DNA of 64,000 nucleotides from Eledone cirrhosa (taxonomy: Eukaryota), in the NCBI GenBank assembly GCA_964016885.1, contig OZ024741.1:244590001-244654000 (forward strand), given 5' to 3'. Below the pieces are notes generated by a model. It was not told where the DNA came from and did not search any database. It worked only from the letters and a program-made list of their open reading frames with translations. The position numbers were made by a program, and so were the translations under genes. Position 1 is the stretch's first letter. Every line of letters begins with the position of its first letter. This document shows, one piece after another, positions 10,656 to 25,800 of the stretch.

Positions 10656-13600
10656 TCACGCCACACATACCCAATGAGTGTCTGCACATGTACCAGTAAT
10701 TACAGATCGATCCGCCCACGGGTGGCCGGCCCACGATCTAAAATGTAACTCCGCCGGCAAATCCGCATTTTTGTGATTAGTTTCTTCGAAGCACACCATT
10801 CGCCGCCGGACTTGAGCTTCCTCATTTAGCATGGGCAGCTTTTCTTGAAAATCACACCACACTCAGCAAATGTGTGTCTGCACATGTACCAGTAATTACA
10901 GATCGATCGGACCACGGGCGGCCGGCTCACGATCGAAAAGGTAACTCCCCCGGCAAATCCGCATTTTTGTGATTCGTTTCTTCGAAGCACACCATTCGCC
11001 GCCGGACTTCAGCTTCCTCATTTAGCATGGGCAGCTTTTCTTGCAAATCACACTACACACAGCAAATCTGTGTCTGCACATGTACCAGTAACTACAGATC
11101 GATCCGACCACGGGCGGCCGGCCCGCGATTGAAAAGGTAACTCCGCCAGCAAATCGTCATTTTTTTATTCGTTTTCTTCGAAGCACACCATTCGCCGGCG
11201 GACTTTGTTGACGTTTAACACGGTTTGGTTCCACAGCCACAACTATTGATTTTACGGAGATATCTTGCTGAAATTCACGCCACACATAGCCAATGATTGT
11301 CTGCACATGTACCAGTAATTACAGATCGATCCGACCACGGGTGGCCGGCCCGCGATTGAAAAGGTAACTCCGCCAGCAAATCGTCATTTTTGGATTCGTT
11401 TTCTTCGAAGCACACCATTCGCCAGCGGACTTTGTTGACGTTTAACACGGTTTGGTTCCACAGCCACAACTATTGATTTTACGGAGATATCTTGCTGAAA
11501 TTCACGCCACACATACCCAATGAGTGTCTGCACATGTACCAGTAATTACAGATCGATCCGCCCACGGGTGGCCGGCCCACGATCTAAAATGTAACTCCGC
11601 CGGCAAATCCGCATTTTTGTGATTAGTTTCTTCGAAGCACACCATTCGCCGCCGGACTTGAGCTTCCTCATTTAGCATGGGCAGCTTTTCTTGAAAATCA
11701 CACCACACTCAGCAAATGTGTGTCTGCACATGTACCAGTAACTACAGATCGATCCGACCACGGGCGGCCTGCCCACGATCGAAAAGGTAACTCCGCAGGC
11801 AAATTCGCACTTTTGTGATTCGTTTCTTCGAAGCACACCATTCGCTGGTGGTCTTCAGCTTCCTCATTTAGCATGGGCAGCTTTTCTTGAAAATCACACC
11901 ACACTCAGCAAATCTGTGTCTGCACATGTACCAGTAATTACAGATCGATCCGACCACGGGTGGCCGGCCCGCGATTGAAAAGGTAACTCCGCCAGCAAAT
12001 CGTCATTTTTGGATTCGTTTTCTTCGAAGCACACCATTCGCCGCCGGACTTGAGCTTCCTCATTTAGCATGGGCAGCTTTTCTTGAAAATCACACCACAC
12101 TCAGCAAATGTGTGTCTGCACATGTACCAGTAATTACAGATCGATCGGACCACGGGCGGCCGGCTCACGATCGAAAAGGTAACTCCGCCGGCAAATCCGC
12201 ATTTTTGTGATTCGTTTCTTCGAAGCACACCATTCGCCGCCGGACTTCAGCTTCCTCATTTAGCATGGGCAGCTTTTCTTGCAAATCACACTACACACAG
12301 CAAATCTGTGTCTGCACATGTACCAGTAACTACAGATCGATCCGACCACGGGCGGCCGGCCCACGATCGAAAAGGTAACTCCGCCGGCAAATCGTCATTT
12401 TTGGATTCGTTTTCTTCGAAGCACACCATTCGCCGGCGGACTTTGTTGACGTTTAACACGGTTTGGTTCCACAGCCACAACTATTGATTTTACGGAGATA
12501 TCTTGCTGAAATTCACGCCACACATACCCAATGAGTGTCTGCACATGTACCAGTAAATACAGATCGATCCGCCCAAGGGTGGCCGGCCCACGATCTAAAA
12601 TGTAACTCCGCCGGCAAATCCGCATTTTTGTGATTAGTTTCTTCGAAGCACACCATTCGCCGCCGGACTTGAGCTTCCTCATTTAGCATGGGCAGCTTTT
12701 CTTGAAAATCACACCACACTCAGCAAATGTGTGTCTGCACATGTACCAGTAATTACAGATCGATCGGACCACGGGCGGCCGGCTCACGATCGAAAAGGTA
12801 ACTCCGCCGGCAAATCCGCATTTTTGTGATTCGTTTCTTCGAAGCACACCATTCGCCGCCGGACTTCAGCTTCTTCATTTAGCATGGGCAGCTTTTCTTG
12901 CAAATCACACTACACACAGCAAATCTGTGTCTGCACATGTACCAGTAACTACAGATCGATCCGACCACGGGCGGCCGGCCCGCGATTGAAAAGGTAACTC
13001 CGCCAGCAAATCGTCATTTTTTGATTCGTTTTCTTCGAAGCACACCATTCGCCGCCGGACTTTGTTGACGTTTAACACGGTTTGGTTCCACAGCCACAAC
13101 TATTGATTTTACGGAGATATCTTGCTGGAATTCACGCCACACATACCCAATGAGTGTCTGCACATGTACCAGTAATTACAGATCGATCCGCCCACGGGTG
13201 GCCGGCCCACGATCTAAAATGTAACTCCGCCGGCAAATCCGCATTTTTGTGATTAGTTTCTTCGAAGCACACCATTCGCCGCCGGACTTGAGCTTCCTCA
13301 TTTAGCATGGGCAGCTTTTCTTGAAAATCACACCACACTCAGCAAATGTGTGTCTGCACATGTACCAGTAATTACAGATCGATCGGACCACGGGCGGCCG
13401 GCTCACGATCGAAAAGGTAACTCCCCCGGCAAATCCGCATTTTTGTGATTCGTTTCTTCGAAGCACACCATTCGCCGCCGGACTTCAGCTTCCTCATTTA
13501 GCATGGGCAGCTTTTCTTGCAAATCACACTACACACAGCAAATCTGTGTCTGCACATGTACCAGTAACTACAGATCGATCCGACCACGGGCGGCCGGCCC

Positions 13601-15607
13601 GCGATTGAAAAGGTAACTCCGCCAGCAAATCGTCATTTTTTTATTCGTTTTCTTCGAAGCACACCATTCGCCGGCGGACTTTGTTGACGTTTAACACGGT
13701 TTGGTTCCACAGCCACAACTATTGATTTTACGGAGATATCTTGCTGAAATTCACGCCACACATAGCCAATGATTGTCTGCACATGTACCAGTAATTACAG
13801 ATCGATCCGACCACGGGTGGCCGGCCCGCGATTGAAAAGGTAACTCCGCCAGCAAATCGTCATTTTTGGATTCGTTTTCTTCGAAGCACACCATTCGCCA
13901 GCGGACTTTGTTGACGTTTAACACGGTTTGGTTCCACAGCCACAACTATTGATTTTACGGAGATATCTTGCTGAAATTCACGCCACACATACCCAATGAG
14001 TGTCTGCACATGTACCAGTAATTACAGATCGATCCGCCCACGGGTGGCCGGCCCACGATCTAAAATGTAACTCCGCCGGCAAATCCGCATTTTTGTGATT
14101 AGTTTCTTCGAAGCACACCATTCGCCGCCGGACTTGAGCTTCCTCATTTAGCATGGGCAGCTTTTCTTGAAAATCACACCACACTCAGCAAATGTGTGTC
14201 TGCACATGTACCAGTAACTACAGATCGATCCGACCACGGGCGGCCTGCCCACGATCGAAAAGGTAACTCCGCAGGCAAATTCGCACTTTTGTGATTCGTT
14301 TCTTCGAAGCACACCATTCGCTGGTGGTCTTCAGCTTCCTCATTTAGCATGGGCAGCTTTTCTTGAAAATCACACCACACTCAGCAAATCTGTGTCTGCA
14401 CATGTACCAGTAATTACAGATCGATCCGACCACGGGTGGCCGGCCCGCGATTGAAAAGGTAACTCCGCCAGCAAATCGTCATTTTTGGATTCGTTTTCTT
14501 CGAAGCACACCATTCGCCGCCGGACTTGAGCTTCCTCATTTAGCATGGGCAGCTTTTCTTGAAAATCACACCACACTCAGCAAATGTGTGTCTGCACATG
14601 TACCAGTAATTACAGATCGATCGGACCACGGGCGGCCGGCTCACGATCGAAAAGGTAACTCCGCCGGCAAATCCGCATTTTTGTGATTCGTTTCTTCGAA
14701 GCACACCATTCGCCGCCGGACTTCAGCTTCCTCATTTAGCATGGGCAGCTTTTCTTGCAAATCACACTACACACAGCAAATCTGTGTCTGCACATGTACC
14801 AGTAACTACAGATCGATCCGACCACGGGCGGCCGGCCCACGATCGAAAAGGTAACTCCGCCGGCAAATCGTCATTTTTGGATTCGTTTTCTTCGAAGCAC
14901 ACCATTCGCCGGCGGACTTTGTTGACGTTTAACACGGTTTGGTTCCACAGCCACAACTATTGATTTTACGGAGATATCTTGCTGAAATTCACGCCACACA
15001 TACCCAATGAGTGTCTGCACATGTACCAGTAAATACAGATCGATCCGCCCAAGGGTGGCCGGCCCACGATCTAAAATGTAACTCCGCCGGCAAATCCGCA
15101 TTTTTGTGATTAGTTTCTTCGAAGCACACCATTCGCCGCCGGACTTGAGCTTCCTCATTTAGCATGGGCAGCTTTTCTTGAAAATCACACCACACTCAGC
15201 AAATGTGTGTCTGCACATGTACCAGTAATTACAGATCGATCGGACCACGGGCGGCCGGCTCACGATCGAAAAGGTAACTCCGCCGGCAAATCCGCATTTT
15301 TGTGATTCGTTTCTTCGAAGCACACCATTCGCCGCCGGACTTCAGCTTCTTCATTTAGCATGGGCAGCTTTTCTTGCAAATCACACTACACACAGCAAAT
15401 CTGTGTCTGCACATGTACCAGTAACTACAGATCGATCCGACCACGGGCGGCCGGCCCGCGATTGAAAAGGTAACTCCGCCAGCAAATCGTCATTTTTTGA
15501 TTCGTTTTCTTCGAAGCACACCATTCGCCGCCGGACTTTGTTGACGTTTAACACGGTTTGGTTCCACAGCCACAACTATTGATTTTACGGAGATATCTTG
15601 CTGAAAT
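10656..15607. repeat. Tandem duplication, period 2476 bp (12 monomers)
   Basis: D at 11698/14174, ctcccccgg at ~10945/~13421, and the gtaaatac+cccaaggg A variant at 12513/14989. 2476=8x196+4x227. Confidence 0.88.
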
Positions 15608-18600
15608 TCACGCCACACATAGCCAATGAGTGTCTGCACATGTACCAGTAATTACAGATCGATCGGACCACGGGCGGCCGGTTTGCGATTGAAAAGGTAA
15701 CTCCGCCGGCAAATCGTCATTTTTGGATTCGTTTTCTTCGAAGCACACCATTCGCCGGCGGACTTTGTTGACGTTTAACACGGTTTGGTTCCACAGCCAC
15801 AACTATTGATTTTACGGAGATATCTTGCTGAAATTCACGCCACACATACCCAATGAGTGTCTGCACATGTACCAGTAATTACAGATCGATCCGCCCACGG
15901 GTGGCCGGCCCACGATCTAAAATGTAACTCCGCCGGCAAATCCGCATTTTTGTGATTAGTTTCTTCGAAGCACACCATTCGCCGCCGGACTTGAGCTTCC
16001 TCATTTAGCATGGGCAGCTTTTCTTGAAAATCACACCACACTCAGCAAATGTGTGTCTGCACATGTACCAGTAATTACAGATCGATCGGACCACGGGCGG
16101 CCGGCTCACGATCGAAAAGGTAACTCCGCCGGCAAATCCGCATTTTTGTGATTCGTTTCTTCGAAGCACACCATTTGCCGCCGGACTTCAGCTTCCTCAT
16201 TTAGCATGGGCAGCTTTTCTTGCAAATCACACTACACACAGCAAATCTGTGTCTGCACATGTACCAGTAACTACAGATCGATCCGACCACGGGCGGCCGG
16301 CCCACGATCGAAAAGGTAACTCCGCCGGCAAATCGTCATTTTTGGATTCGTTTTCTTCGAAGCACACCATTCGCCGGCGGACTTTGTTGACGTTTAACAC
16401 GGTTTGGTTCCACAGCCACAACTATTGATTTTACGGAGATATCTTGCTGGAATTCACGCCACACATACCCAATGAGTGTCTGCACATGTACCAGTAATTA
16501 CAGATCGATCCGCCCACGGGTGGCCGGCCCACGATCTAAAATGTAACTCCGCCGGCAAATCCGCATTTTTGTGATTAGTTTCTTCGAAGCACACCATTCG
16601 CCGCCGGACTTGAGCTTCCTCATTTAGCATGGGCAGCTTTTCTTGAAAATCACACCACACTCAGCAAATGTGTGTCTGCACATGTACCAGTAATTACAGA
16701 TCGATCGGACCACGGGCGGCCGGCTCACGATCGAAAAGGTAACTCCGCCGGCAAATCCGCATTTTTGTGATTCGTTTCTTTGAAGCACACCATTCGCCGC
16801 CGGACTTCAGCTTCCTCATTTAGCATGGGCAGCTTTTCTTGCAAATCACACTACACACAGCAAATCTGTGTCTGCACATGTACCAGTAACTACAGATCGA
16901 TCCGACCACGGGCGGCCGGCCCACGATCGAAAAGGTAACTCCGCCGGCAAATCGTCATTTTTGGATTCGTTTTCTTCGAAGCACACCATTCGCCGGCGGA
17001 CTTTGTTGACGTTTAACACGGTTTGGTTCCACAGCCACAACTATTGATTTTACGGAGATATCTTGCTGAAATTCACGCCACACATACCCAATGAGTGTCT
17101 GCACATGTACCAGTAATTACAGATCGATCCGCCCACGGGTGGCCGGCCCACGATCTAAAATGTAACTCCGCCGGCAAATCCGCATTTTTGTGATTAGTTT
17201 CTTCGAAGCACACCATTCGCCGCCGGACTTGAGCTTCCTCATTTAGCATGGGCAGCTTTTCTTGAAAATCACACCACACTCAGCAAATGTGTGTCTGCAC
17301 ATGTACCAGTAATTACAGATCGATCGGACCACGGGCGGCCGGCTCACGATCGAAAAGGTAACTCCGCCGGCAAATCCGCATTTTTGTGATTCGTTTCTTC
17401 GAAGCACACCATTTGCCGCCGGACTTCAGCTTCCTCATTTAGCATGGGCAGCTTTTCTTGCAAATCACACTACACACAGCAAATCTGTGTCTGCACATGT
17501 ACCAGTAACTACAGATCGATCCGACCACGGGCGGCCGGCCCACGATCGAAAAGGTAACTCCGCCGGCAAATCGTCATTTTTGGATTCGTTTTCTTCGAAG
17601 CACACCATTCGCCGGCGGACTTTGTTGACGTTTAACACGGTTTGGTTCCACAGCCACAACTATTGATTTTACGGAGATATCTTGCTGGAATTCACGCCAC
17701 ACATACCCAATGAGTCTCTGCACATGTACCAGTAATTACAGATCGATCCGCCCACGGTTGGCCGGCCCACGATCTAAAATGTAACTCCGCCGGCAAATCC
17801 GCATTTTTGTGATTAGTTTCTTCGAAGCACACCATTCGCCGCCGGACTTGAGCTTCCTCATTTAGCATGGGCAGCTTTTCTTGAAAATCACACCACACTC
17901 AGCAAATGTGTGTCTGCACATGTACCAGTAATTACAGATCGATCGGACCACGGGCGGCCGGCTCACGATCGAAAAGGTAACTCCGCCGGCAAATCCGCAT
18001 TTTTGTGATTCGTTTCTTCGAAGCACACCATTCGCCGCCGGACTTCAGCTTCCTCATTTAGCATGGGCAGCTTTTCTTGCAAATCACACTACACACAGCA
18101 AATCTGTGTCTGCACATGTACCAGTAACTACAGATCGATCCGACCACGGGCGGCCGGCCCGCGATTGAAAAGGTAACTCCGCCAGCAAATCGTCATTTTT
18201 TTATTCGTTTTCTTCGAAGCACACCATTCGCCGGCGGACTTTGTTGACGTTTAACACGGTTTGGTTCCACAGCCACAACTATTGATTTTACGGAGATATC
18301 TTGCTGAAATTCACGCCACACATAGCCAATGATTGTCTGCACATGTACCAGTAATTACAGATCGATCCGACCACGGGTGGCCGGCCCGCGATTGAAAAGG
18401 TAACTCCGCCAGCAAATCGTCATTTTTGGATTCGTTTTCTTCGAAGCACACCATTCGCCAGCGGACTTTGTTGACGTTTAACACGGTTTGGTTCCACAGC
18501 CACAACTATTGATTTTACGGAGATATCTTGCTGAAATTCACGCCACACATACCCAATGAGTGTCTGCACATGTACCAGTAATTACAGATCGATCCGCCCA

Positions 18601-21600
18601 CGGGTGGCCGGCCCACGATCTAAAATGTAACTCCGCCGGCAAATCCGCATTTTTGTGATTAGTTTCTTCGAAGCACACCATTCGCCGCCGGACTTGAGCT
18701 TCCTCATTTAGCATGGGCAGCTTTTCTTGAAAATCACACCACACTCAGCAAATGTGTGTCTGCACATGTACCAGTAACTACAGATCGATCCGACCACGGG
18801 CGGCCTGCCCACGATCGAAAAGGTAACTCCGCAGGCAAATTCGCACTTTTGTGATTCGTTTCTTCGAAGCACACCATTCGCTGGTGGTCTTCAGCTTCCT
18901 CATTTAGCATGGGCAGCTTTTCTTGAAAATCACACCACACTCAGCAAATCTGTGTCTGCACATGTACCAGTAATTACAGATCGATCCGACCACGGGTGGC
19001 CGGCCCGCGATTGAAAAGGTAACTCCGCCAGCAAATCGTCATTTTTGGATTCGTTTTCTTCGAAGCACACCATTCGCCGCCGGACTTGAGCTTCCTCATT
19101 TAGCATGGGCAGCTTTTCTTGAAAATCACACCACACTCAGCAAATGTGTGTCTGCACATGTACCAGTAATTACAGATCGATCGGACCACGGGCGGCCGGC
19201 TCACGATCGAAAAGGTAACTCCGCCGGCAAATCCGCATTTTTGTGATTCGTTTCTTCGAAGCACACCATTCGCCGCCGGACTTCAGCTTCCTCATTTAGC
19301 ATGGGCAGCTTTTCTTGCAAATCACACTACACACAGCAAATCTGTGTCTGCACATGTACCAGTAACTACAGATCGATCCGACCACGGGCGGCCGGCCCAC
19401 GATCGAAAAGGTAACTCCGCCGGCAAATCGTCATTTTTGGATTCGTTTTCTTCGAAGCACACCATTCGCCGGCGGACTTTGTTGACGTTTAACACGGTTT
19501 GGTTCCACAGCCACAACTATTGATTTTACGGAGATATCTTGCTGAAATTCACGCCACACATACCCAATGAGTGTCTGCACATGTACCAGTAAATACAGAT
19601 CGATCCGCCCAAGGGTGGCCGGCCCACGATCTAAAATGTAACTCCGCCGGCAAATCCGCATTTTTGTGATTAGTTTCTTCGAAGCACACCATTCGCCGCC
19701 GGACTTGAGCTTCCTCATTTAGCATGGGCAGCTTTTCTTGAAAATCACACCACACTCAGCAAATGTGTGTCTGCACATGTACCAGTAATTACAGATCGAT
19801 CGGACCACGGGCGGCCGGCTCACGATCGAAAAGGTAACTCCGCCGGCAAATCCGCATTTTTGTGATTCGTTTCTTCGAAGCACACCATTCGCCGCCGGAC
19901 TTCAGCTTCTTCATTTAGCATGGGCAGCTTTTCTTGCAAATCACACTACACACAGCAAATCTGTGTCTGCACATGTACCAGTAACTACAGATCGATCCGA
20001 CCACGGGCGGCCGGCCCGCGATTGAAAAGGTAACTCCGCCAGCAAATCGTCATTTTTTGATTCGTTTTCTTCGAAGCACACCATTCGCCGCCGGACTTTG
20101 TTGACGTTTAACACGGTTTGGTTCCACAGCCACAACTATTGATTTTACGGAGATATCTTGCTGAAATTCACGCCACACATAGCCAATGAGTGTCTGCACA
20201 TGTACCAGTAATTACAGATCGATCGGACCACGGGCGGCCGGTTTGCGATTGAAAAGGTAACTCCGCCGGCAAATCGTCATTTTTGGATTCGTTTTCTTCG
20301 AAGCACACCATTCGCCGGCGGACTTTGTTGACGTTTAACACGGTTTGGTTCCACAGCCACAACTATTGATTTTACGGAGATATCTTGCTGAAATTCACGC
20401 CACACATACCCAATGAGTGTCTGCACATGTACCAGTAATTACAGATCGATCCGCCCACGGGTGGCCGGCCCACGATCTAAAATGTAACTCCGCCGGCAAA
20501 TCCGCATTTTTGTGATTAGTTTCTTCGAAGCACACCATTCGCCGCCGGACTTGAGCTTCCTCATTTAGCATGGGCAGCTTTTCTTGAAAATCACACCACA
20601 CTCAGCAAATGTGTGTCTGCACATGTACCAGTAATTACAGATCGATCGGACCACGGGCGGCCGGCTCACGATCGAAAAGGTAACTCCGCCGGCAAATCCG
20701 CATTTTTGTGATTCGTTTCTTCGAAGCACACCATTTGCCGCCGGACTTCAGCTTCCTCATTTAGCATGGGCAGCTTTTCTTGCAAATCACACTACACACA
20801 GCAAATCTGTGTCTGCACATGTACCAGTAACTACAGATCGATCCGACCACGGGCGGCCGGCCCACGATCGAAAAGGTAACTCCGCCGGCAAATCGTCATT
20901 TTTGGATTCGTTTTCTTCGAAGCACACCATTCGCCGGCGGACTTTGTTGACGTTTAACACGGTTTGGTTCCACAGCCACAACTATTGATTTTACGGAGAT
21001 ATCTTGCTGGAATTCACGCCACACATACCCAATGAGTGTCTGCACATGTACCAGTAATTACAGATCGATCCGCCCACGGGTGGCCGGCCCACGATCTAAA
21101 ATGTAACTCCGCCGGCAAATCCGCATTTTTGTGATTAGTTTCTTCGAAGCACACCATTCGCCGCCGGACTTGAGCTTCCTCATTTAGCATGGGCAGCTTT
21201 TCTTGAAAATCACACCACACTCAGCAAATGTGTGTCTGCACATGTACCAGTAATTACAGATCGATCGGACCACGGGCGGCCGGCTCACGATCGAAAAGGT
21301 AACTCCGCCGGCAAATCCGCATTTTTGTGATTCGTTTCTTTGAAGCACACCATTCGCCGCCGGACTTCAGCTTCCTCATTTAGCATGGGCAGCTTTTCTT
21401 GCAAATCACACTACACACAGCAAATCTGTGTCTGCACATGTACCAGTAACTACAGATCGATCCGACCACGGGCGGCCGGCCCACGATCGAAAAGGTAACT
21501 CCGCCGGCAAATCGTCATTTTTGGATTCGTTTTCTTCGAAGCACACCATTCGCCGGCGGACTTTGTTGACGTTTAACACGGTTTGGTTCCACAGCCACAA

Positions 21601-22880
21601 CTATTGATTTTACGGAGATATCTTGCTGAAATTCACGCCACACATACCCAATGAGTGTCTGCACATGTACCAGTAATTACAGATCGATCCGCCCACGGGT
21701 GGCCGGCCCACGATCTAAAATGTAACTCCGCCGGCAAATCCGCATTTTTGTGATTAGTTTCTTCGAAGCACACCATTCGCCGCCGGACTTGAGCTTCCTC
21801 ATTTAGCATGGGCAGCTTTTCTTGAAAATCACACCACACTCAGCAAATGTGTGTCTGCACATGTACCAGTAATTACAGATCGATCGGACCACGGGCGGCC
21901 GGCTCACGATCGAAAAGGTAACTCCGCCGGCAAATCCGCATTTTTGTGATTCGTTTCTTCGAAGCACACCATTTGCCGCCGGACTTCAGCTTCCTCATTT
22001 AGCATGGGCAGCTTTTCTTGCAAATCACACTACACACAGCAAATCTGTGTCTGCACATGTACCAGTAACTACAGATCGATCCGACCACGGGCGGCCGGCC
22101 CACGATCGAAAAGGTAACTCCGCCGGCAAATCGTCATTTTTGGATTCGTTTTCTTCGAAGCACACCATTCGCCGGCGGACTTTGTTGACGTTTAACACGG
22201 TTTGGTTCCACAGCCACAACTATTGATTTTACGGAGATATCTTGCTGGAATTCACGCCACACATACCCAATGAGTCTCTGCACATGTACCAGTAATTACA
22301 GATCGATCCGCCCACGGTTGGCCGGCCCACGATCTAAAATGTAACTCCGCCGGCAAATCCGCATTTTTGTGATTAGTTTCTTCGAAGCACACCATTCGCC
22401 GCCGGACTTGAGCTTCCTCATTTAGCATGGGCAGCTTTTCTTGAAAATCACACCACACTCAGCAAATGTGTGTCTGCACATGTACCAGTAATTACAGATC
22501 GATCGGACCACGGGCGGCCGGCTCACGATCGAAAAGGTAACTCCGCCGGCAAATCCGCATTTTTGTGATTCGTTTCTTCGAAGCACACCATTCGCCGCCG
22601 GACTTCAGCTTCCTCATTTAGCATGGGCAGCTTTTCTTGCAAATCACACTACACACAGCAAATCTGTGTCTGCACATGTACCAGTAACTACAGATCGATC
22701 CGACCACGGGCGGCCGGCCCGCGATTGAAAAGGTAACTCCGCCAGCAAATCGTCATTTTTTTATTCGTTTTCTTCGAAGCACACCATTCGCCGGCGGACT
22801 TTGTTGACGTTTAACACGGTTTGGTTCCACAGCCACAACTATTGATTTTACGGAGATATCTTGCTGAAATTCACGCCACA
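13430..22880. repeat. Tandem duplication, period 4560 bp (22 monomers); approximate bounds
   Basis: F 13751/18311, D 14174/18734, E 15608/20168, and the gagtctct+cacggttgg A variant at 17692/22252. 4560=14x196+8x227. Confidence 0.88.
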
Positions 22881-25800
22881 CATACCCAATGAGTGTCTGC
22901 ACATGTACCAGTAATTACAGATCGATCCGCCCACGGGTGGCCGGCCCACGATCTAAAATGTAACTCCGCCGGCAAATCCGCATTTTTGTGATTAGTTTCT
23001 TCGAAGCACACCATTCGCCGCCGGACTTGAGCTTCCTCATTTAGCATGGGCAGCTTTTCTTGAAAATCACACCACACTCAGCAAATGTGCGTCTGCACAT
23101 GTACCAGTAATTACAGATCGATCGGACCACGGGCGGCCGGCTCACGATCGAAAAGGTAACTCCGCCGGCAAATCCGCATTTTTGTGATTCGTTTCTTCGA
23201 AGCACACCATTCGCCGCCGGACTTCAGCTTCCTCATTTAGCATGGGCAGCTTTTCTTGCAAATCACACTACACACAGCAAATCTGTGTCTGCACATGTAC
23301 CAGTAACTACAGATCGATCCGACCACGGGCGGCCGGCCCACGATCGAAAAGGTAACTCCGCCGGCAAATCGTCATTTTTGGATTCGTTTTCTTCGAAGCA
23401 CACCATTCGCCGGCGGACTTTGTTGACGTTTAACACGGTTTGGTTCCACAGCCACAACTATTGATTTTACGGAGATATCTTGCTGAAATTCACGCCACAC
23501 ATACCCAATGAGTGTCTGCACATGTACCAGTAAATACAGATCGATCCGCCCAAGGGTGGCCGGCCCACGATCTAAAATGTAACTCCGCCGGCAAATCCGC
23601 ATTTTTGTGATTAGTTTCTTCGAAGCACACCATTCGCCGCCGGACTTGAGCTTCCTCATTTAGCATGGGCAGCTTTTCTTGAAAATCACACCACACTCAG
23701 CAAATGTGTGTCTGCACATGTACCAGTAATTACAGATCGATCGGACCACGGGCGGCCGGCTCACGATCGAAAAGGTAACTCCCCCGGCAAATCCGCATTT
23801 TTGTGATTCGTTTCTTCGAAGCACACCATTCGCCGCCGGACTTCAGCTTCCTCATTTAGCATGGGCAGCTTTTCTTGCAAATCACACTACACACAGCAAA
23901 TCTGTGTCTGCACATGTACCAGTAACTACAGATCGATCCGACCACGGGCGGCCGGCCCGCGATTGAAAAGGTAACTCCGCCAGCAAATCGTCATTTTTTT
24001 ATTCGTTTTCTTCGAAGCACACCATTCGCCGGCGGACTTTGTTGACGTTTAACACGGTTTGGTTCCACAGCCACAACTATTGATTTTACGGAGATATCTT
24101 GCTGAAATTCACGCCACACATAGCCAATGATTGTCTGCACATGTACCAGTAATTACAGATCGATCCGACCACGGGTGGCCGGCCCGCGATTGAAAAGGTA
24201 ACTCCGCCAGCAAATCGTCATTTTTGGATTCGTTTTCTTCGAAGCACACCATTCGCCAGCGGACTTTGTTGACGTTTAACACGGTTTGGTTCCACAGCCA
24301 CAACTATTGATTTTACGGAGATATCTTGCTGAAATTCACGCCACACATACCCAATGAGTGTCTGCACATGTACCAGTAATTACAGATCGATCCGCCCACG
24401 GGTGGCCGGCCCACGATCTAAAATGTAACTCCGCCGGCAAATCCGCATTTTTGTGATTAGTTTCTTCGAAGCACACCATTCGCCGCCGGACTTGAGCTTC
24501 CTCATTTAGCATGGGCAGCTTTTCTTGAAAATCACACCACACTCAGCAAATGTGTGTCTGCACATGTACCAGTAACTACAGATCGATCCGACCACGGGCG
24601 GCCTGCCCACGATCGAAAAGGTAACTCCGCAGGCAAATTCGCACTTTTGTGATTCGTTTCTTCGAAGCACACCATTCGCTGGTGGTCTTCAGCTTCCTCA
24701 TTTAGCATGGGCAGCTTTTCTTGAAAATCACACCACACTCAGCAAATCTGTGTCTGCACATGTACCAGTAATTACAGATCGATCCGACCACGGGTGGCCG
24801 GCCCGCGATTGAAAAGGTAACTCCGCCAGCAAATCGTCATTTTTGGATTCGTTTTCTTCGAAGCACACCATTCGCCGCCGGACTTGAGCTTCCTCATTTA
24901 GCATGGGCAGCTTTTCTTGAAAATCACACCACACTCAGCAAATGTGTGTCTGCACATGTACCAGTAATTACAGATCGATCGGACCACGGGCGGCCGGCTC
25001 ACGATCGAAAAGGTAACTCCGCCGGCAAATCCGCATTTTTGTGATTCGTTTCTTCGAAGCACACCATTCGCCGCCGGACTTCAGCTTCCTCATTTAGCAT
25101 GGGCAGCTTTTCTTGCAAATCACACTACACACAGCAAATCTGTGTCTGCACATGTACCAGTAACTACAGATCGATCCGACCACGGGCGGCCGGCCCACGA
25201 TCGAAAAGGTAACTCCGCCGGCAAATCGTCATTTTTGGATTCGTTTTCTTCGAAGCACACCATTCGCCGGCGGACTTTGTTGACGTTTAACACGGTTTGG
25301 TTCCACAGCCACAACTATTGATTTTACGGAGATATCTTGCTGAAATTCACGCCACACATACCCAATGAGTGTCTGCACATGTACCAGTAAATACAGATCG
25401 ATCCGCCCAAGGGTGGCCGGCCCACGATCTAAAATGTAACTCCGCCGGCAAATCCGCATTTTTGTGATTAGTTTCTTCGAAGCACACCATTCGCCGCCGG
25501 ACTTGAGCTTCCTCATTTAGCATGGGCAGCTTTTCTTGAAAATCACACCACACTCAGCAAATGTGTGTCTGCACATGTACCAGTAATTACAGATCGATCG
25601 GACCACGGGCGGCCGGCTCACGATCGAAAAGGTAACTCCGCCGGCAAATCCGCATTTTTGTGATTCGTTTCTTCGAAGCACACCATTCGCCGCCGGACTT
25701 CAGCTTCTTCATTTAGCATGGGCAGCTTTTCTTGCAAATCACACTACACACAGCAAATCTGTGTCTGCACATGTACCAGTAACTACAGATCGATCCGACC

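Noticed and set aside
12395-12682. 95-aa minus-strand ORF (MRKLKSGG...) and its copies; 88-aa plus-strand ORFs at 56051 and 60580
   Set aside because: They arise only where a single substitution (gtaattac>gtaaatac) or the H hybrid removes a stop. There is no coding signature.
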